The translations under genes were made by a program, and so were the position numbers. A stretch of DNA of 64,000 nucleotides. Source: the human T2T-CHM13v2.0 reference genome, Homo sapiens. The notes below the pieces were generated by a model. That model was not told the DNA's origin. It ran no database searches and worked only from the letters and a program-made list of their open reading frames with translations. Positions 62,240-64,000 of the stretch are shown piece after piece. Position 1 is the first letter of the stretch. The number at the start of each line of letters is the position of its first letter. The stretch is taken from assembly GCF_009914755.1 (NCBI RefSeq), contig NC_060926.1, one strand, 5' to 3'.

Positions 62240-63200
62240 TCATTCATTCTGATACTTGATATTTGTACGAAGCCTTTCACTCTCTGTCAGAAAATTTGTA
62301 AGCTCTTTTCTCTGTTCCTAGTGTTATGAAATTTTGTGTCATAATGATAGACTTTGGATTGTGTCTACTTTGAGCACTTGGTAGGCCCGTTCCATGGGAA
62401 AAACTCATTTAGCCTTAGGACAAAACTGTTTCTTTGCCTTTCTTCTTCTTCTTTTTTTTTTTTTTTCTATTCTCTCTTTCTGGAATTCCATTTAGATATC
62501 TAACATCCTGAGCCAGTTCTCAATCTTTTTTCTCGCATTTCCTCCCTGCTTTCCAGTAAATTTCCTCAACTTGATTTCCCAATTCTTCTATTGAGTCTTT
62601 CATTTCTATGATGATATTTTTAATTTCTAAGAGCTCTTAACTCTCTAAATATCTTTTATTTTTAGAGCATCCTGTTCTTGCTTCACTGATACCATATCTT
62701 CTGTTAGCCCTCTGAAGATAGTTCTTGCACATTTTCCTTCTCCCTGAAGAGTCTCTCTGTGCTTCTAAGTAAGTTTCTCTATCTTGGTCTCTCATATTTT
62801 ATGCTTTTGTCATTCGCTGTTACAATAGGCATCCAAAGGCAGATTGGAAGCTCTGAGTGTGAGGTTTGTCGACCACCATCTTCACTTTGCAAAGCTCTGG
62901 CTGGGCCATTTCTTTAGGGCATCCCTGATGTAAACATCTCTGTGTCTCTTGTCTTGGGGGAAACCCAGTCCATCTGCCTAGAGGATTCATCTGCCTGGCT
63001 GCCAGCATTCTGAGAGCTCTGCTGGGGAAGTGGGCTTCAAGTCTCAGGTTTAATACATCAGCTTTCATTTACCTCTCCATTTTCAGAAAGATATCTTCAC
63101 CCTCAACTTGTTCTGGTGCCCTCTGTTTTATTCTCTCCAGGAAAACCAACAACTTCAGTCCAAATTTGAAAGTGGAAGAGAGCCAGTTAAAGGCTCTGTG
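62240..63200 (-). mobile_element. Ancient L1M fragments
   Basis: T-rich ttctctctttctggaattccatt...tttttaatttctaagagctc L1M-like motifs. Confidence 0.5.
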
Positions 63201-63802
63201 GAGAGCTGGAAAAGATACTGAAGGTCTAACTTCTTAAACAGACTAGCAAATAATCCTCTCTGGTCTTTTCATCCACTTTCATGGCTTCTTGATAGGTCCA
63301 ATCCTGAGAGTTTGGAAGGCTCTGTAGAGTCAATCAATTGCTGCTTGATTTTCTCCACTGTCCATTGTTGAGTCAGCTTTCTAGGAACGTCTCTGCAGAT
63401 CCTAACTTTCCTTACTGCTTTCTCTTGCCCTCTTTGTCCTTGAGGATTATGCAAAAAGCAAACAAATAAACAACTAAAGACTCCTTTACCCTCATTTTTG
63501 TAGAATGTCAATAGGGAGTGGAGATTAAATGCATGTGTCCAATCTGACCTCTTTAACCAACAGTCTCCATTTACTTTCAGATGAACTTGAGAACCAATTT
63601 GTTTCTGTCACTGACCTACTCACTCCCACCTAAGGCAAAACTCTTGGTTTTATCCATCACTTCTATTTTTGTTTGCTCACCCATTTGTTTCTAGTTTTAA
63701 TTTTATTATATCATTTTCTTTTCTTCTGACTTGTTTTGTGGTTGTTTCATTACATGCTTGAATTGAATGCTTAGTCTCTTTCTTATTTAATAATAAAAGC
63801 AT

Positions 63803-64000
63803 TGGCCGGGCACTGTGGCTCATGCCTGCAATCCCAGCACTTTGGGAGGCTGAGGCGGGCAGATCATCTGAGGTCAGGAGTTTGAGACCAACCTGGCCAA
63901 CATAGTGAATCCCCGTCTCTACAAAAAATGCAAAAATTAGCTGGGCATGGTGGCACATGCCTGTAGTCCCAGCTACCCGGGAGGCTGAGGCAGGAGAATC
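63803..64000 (+). mobile_element. AluSx (runs off window)
   Basis: Alu left arm and linker. Confidence 0.9.

Overview
This is primate (almost certainly human, chr2q36) genomic DNA, not microbial. The only protein-coding gene I can support is FAM124B on the minus strand: its large coding exon (ATG 10914 to donor 10183, 244 codons), a probable Alu-derived alternative exon (9651-9565) and its proximal promoter near 11.1-11.3 kb. Positions 1-10182 are FAM124B intron. The remaining ~53 kb is repeat-dense upstream DNA (about 40 Alus, L1, L2, MIR, THE1/MST/MLT/ERV1 LTRs, MER DNA transposons) with a CpG island at ~50.4-51.4 kb that has no gene evident in the window. Nearly all other ORFs in the track are repeat- or GC-driven artefacts. 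The most interesting hypothesis is that this CpG island is a distal or ancestral first exon of FAM124B: a splice acceptor persists 11 nt upstream of the ATG, at the position and phase of the FAM124A exon-3 acceptor as I recall it. Other notable signals are Alu-Alu gene conversion, a chimeric AluY with a long duplication, an orphan Alu tail, fold-back palindromes at rearrangement junctions and two unexplained short dispersed duplications. Repeat subfamily names and FAM124A/FAM124B comparisons are from memory, not from a search.
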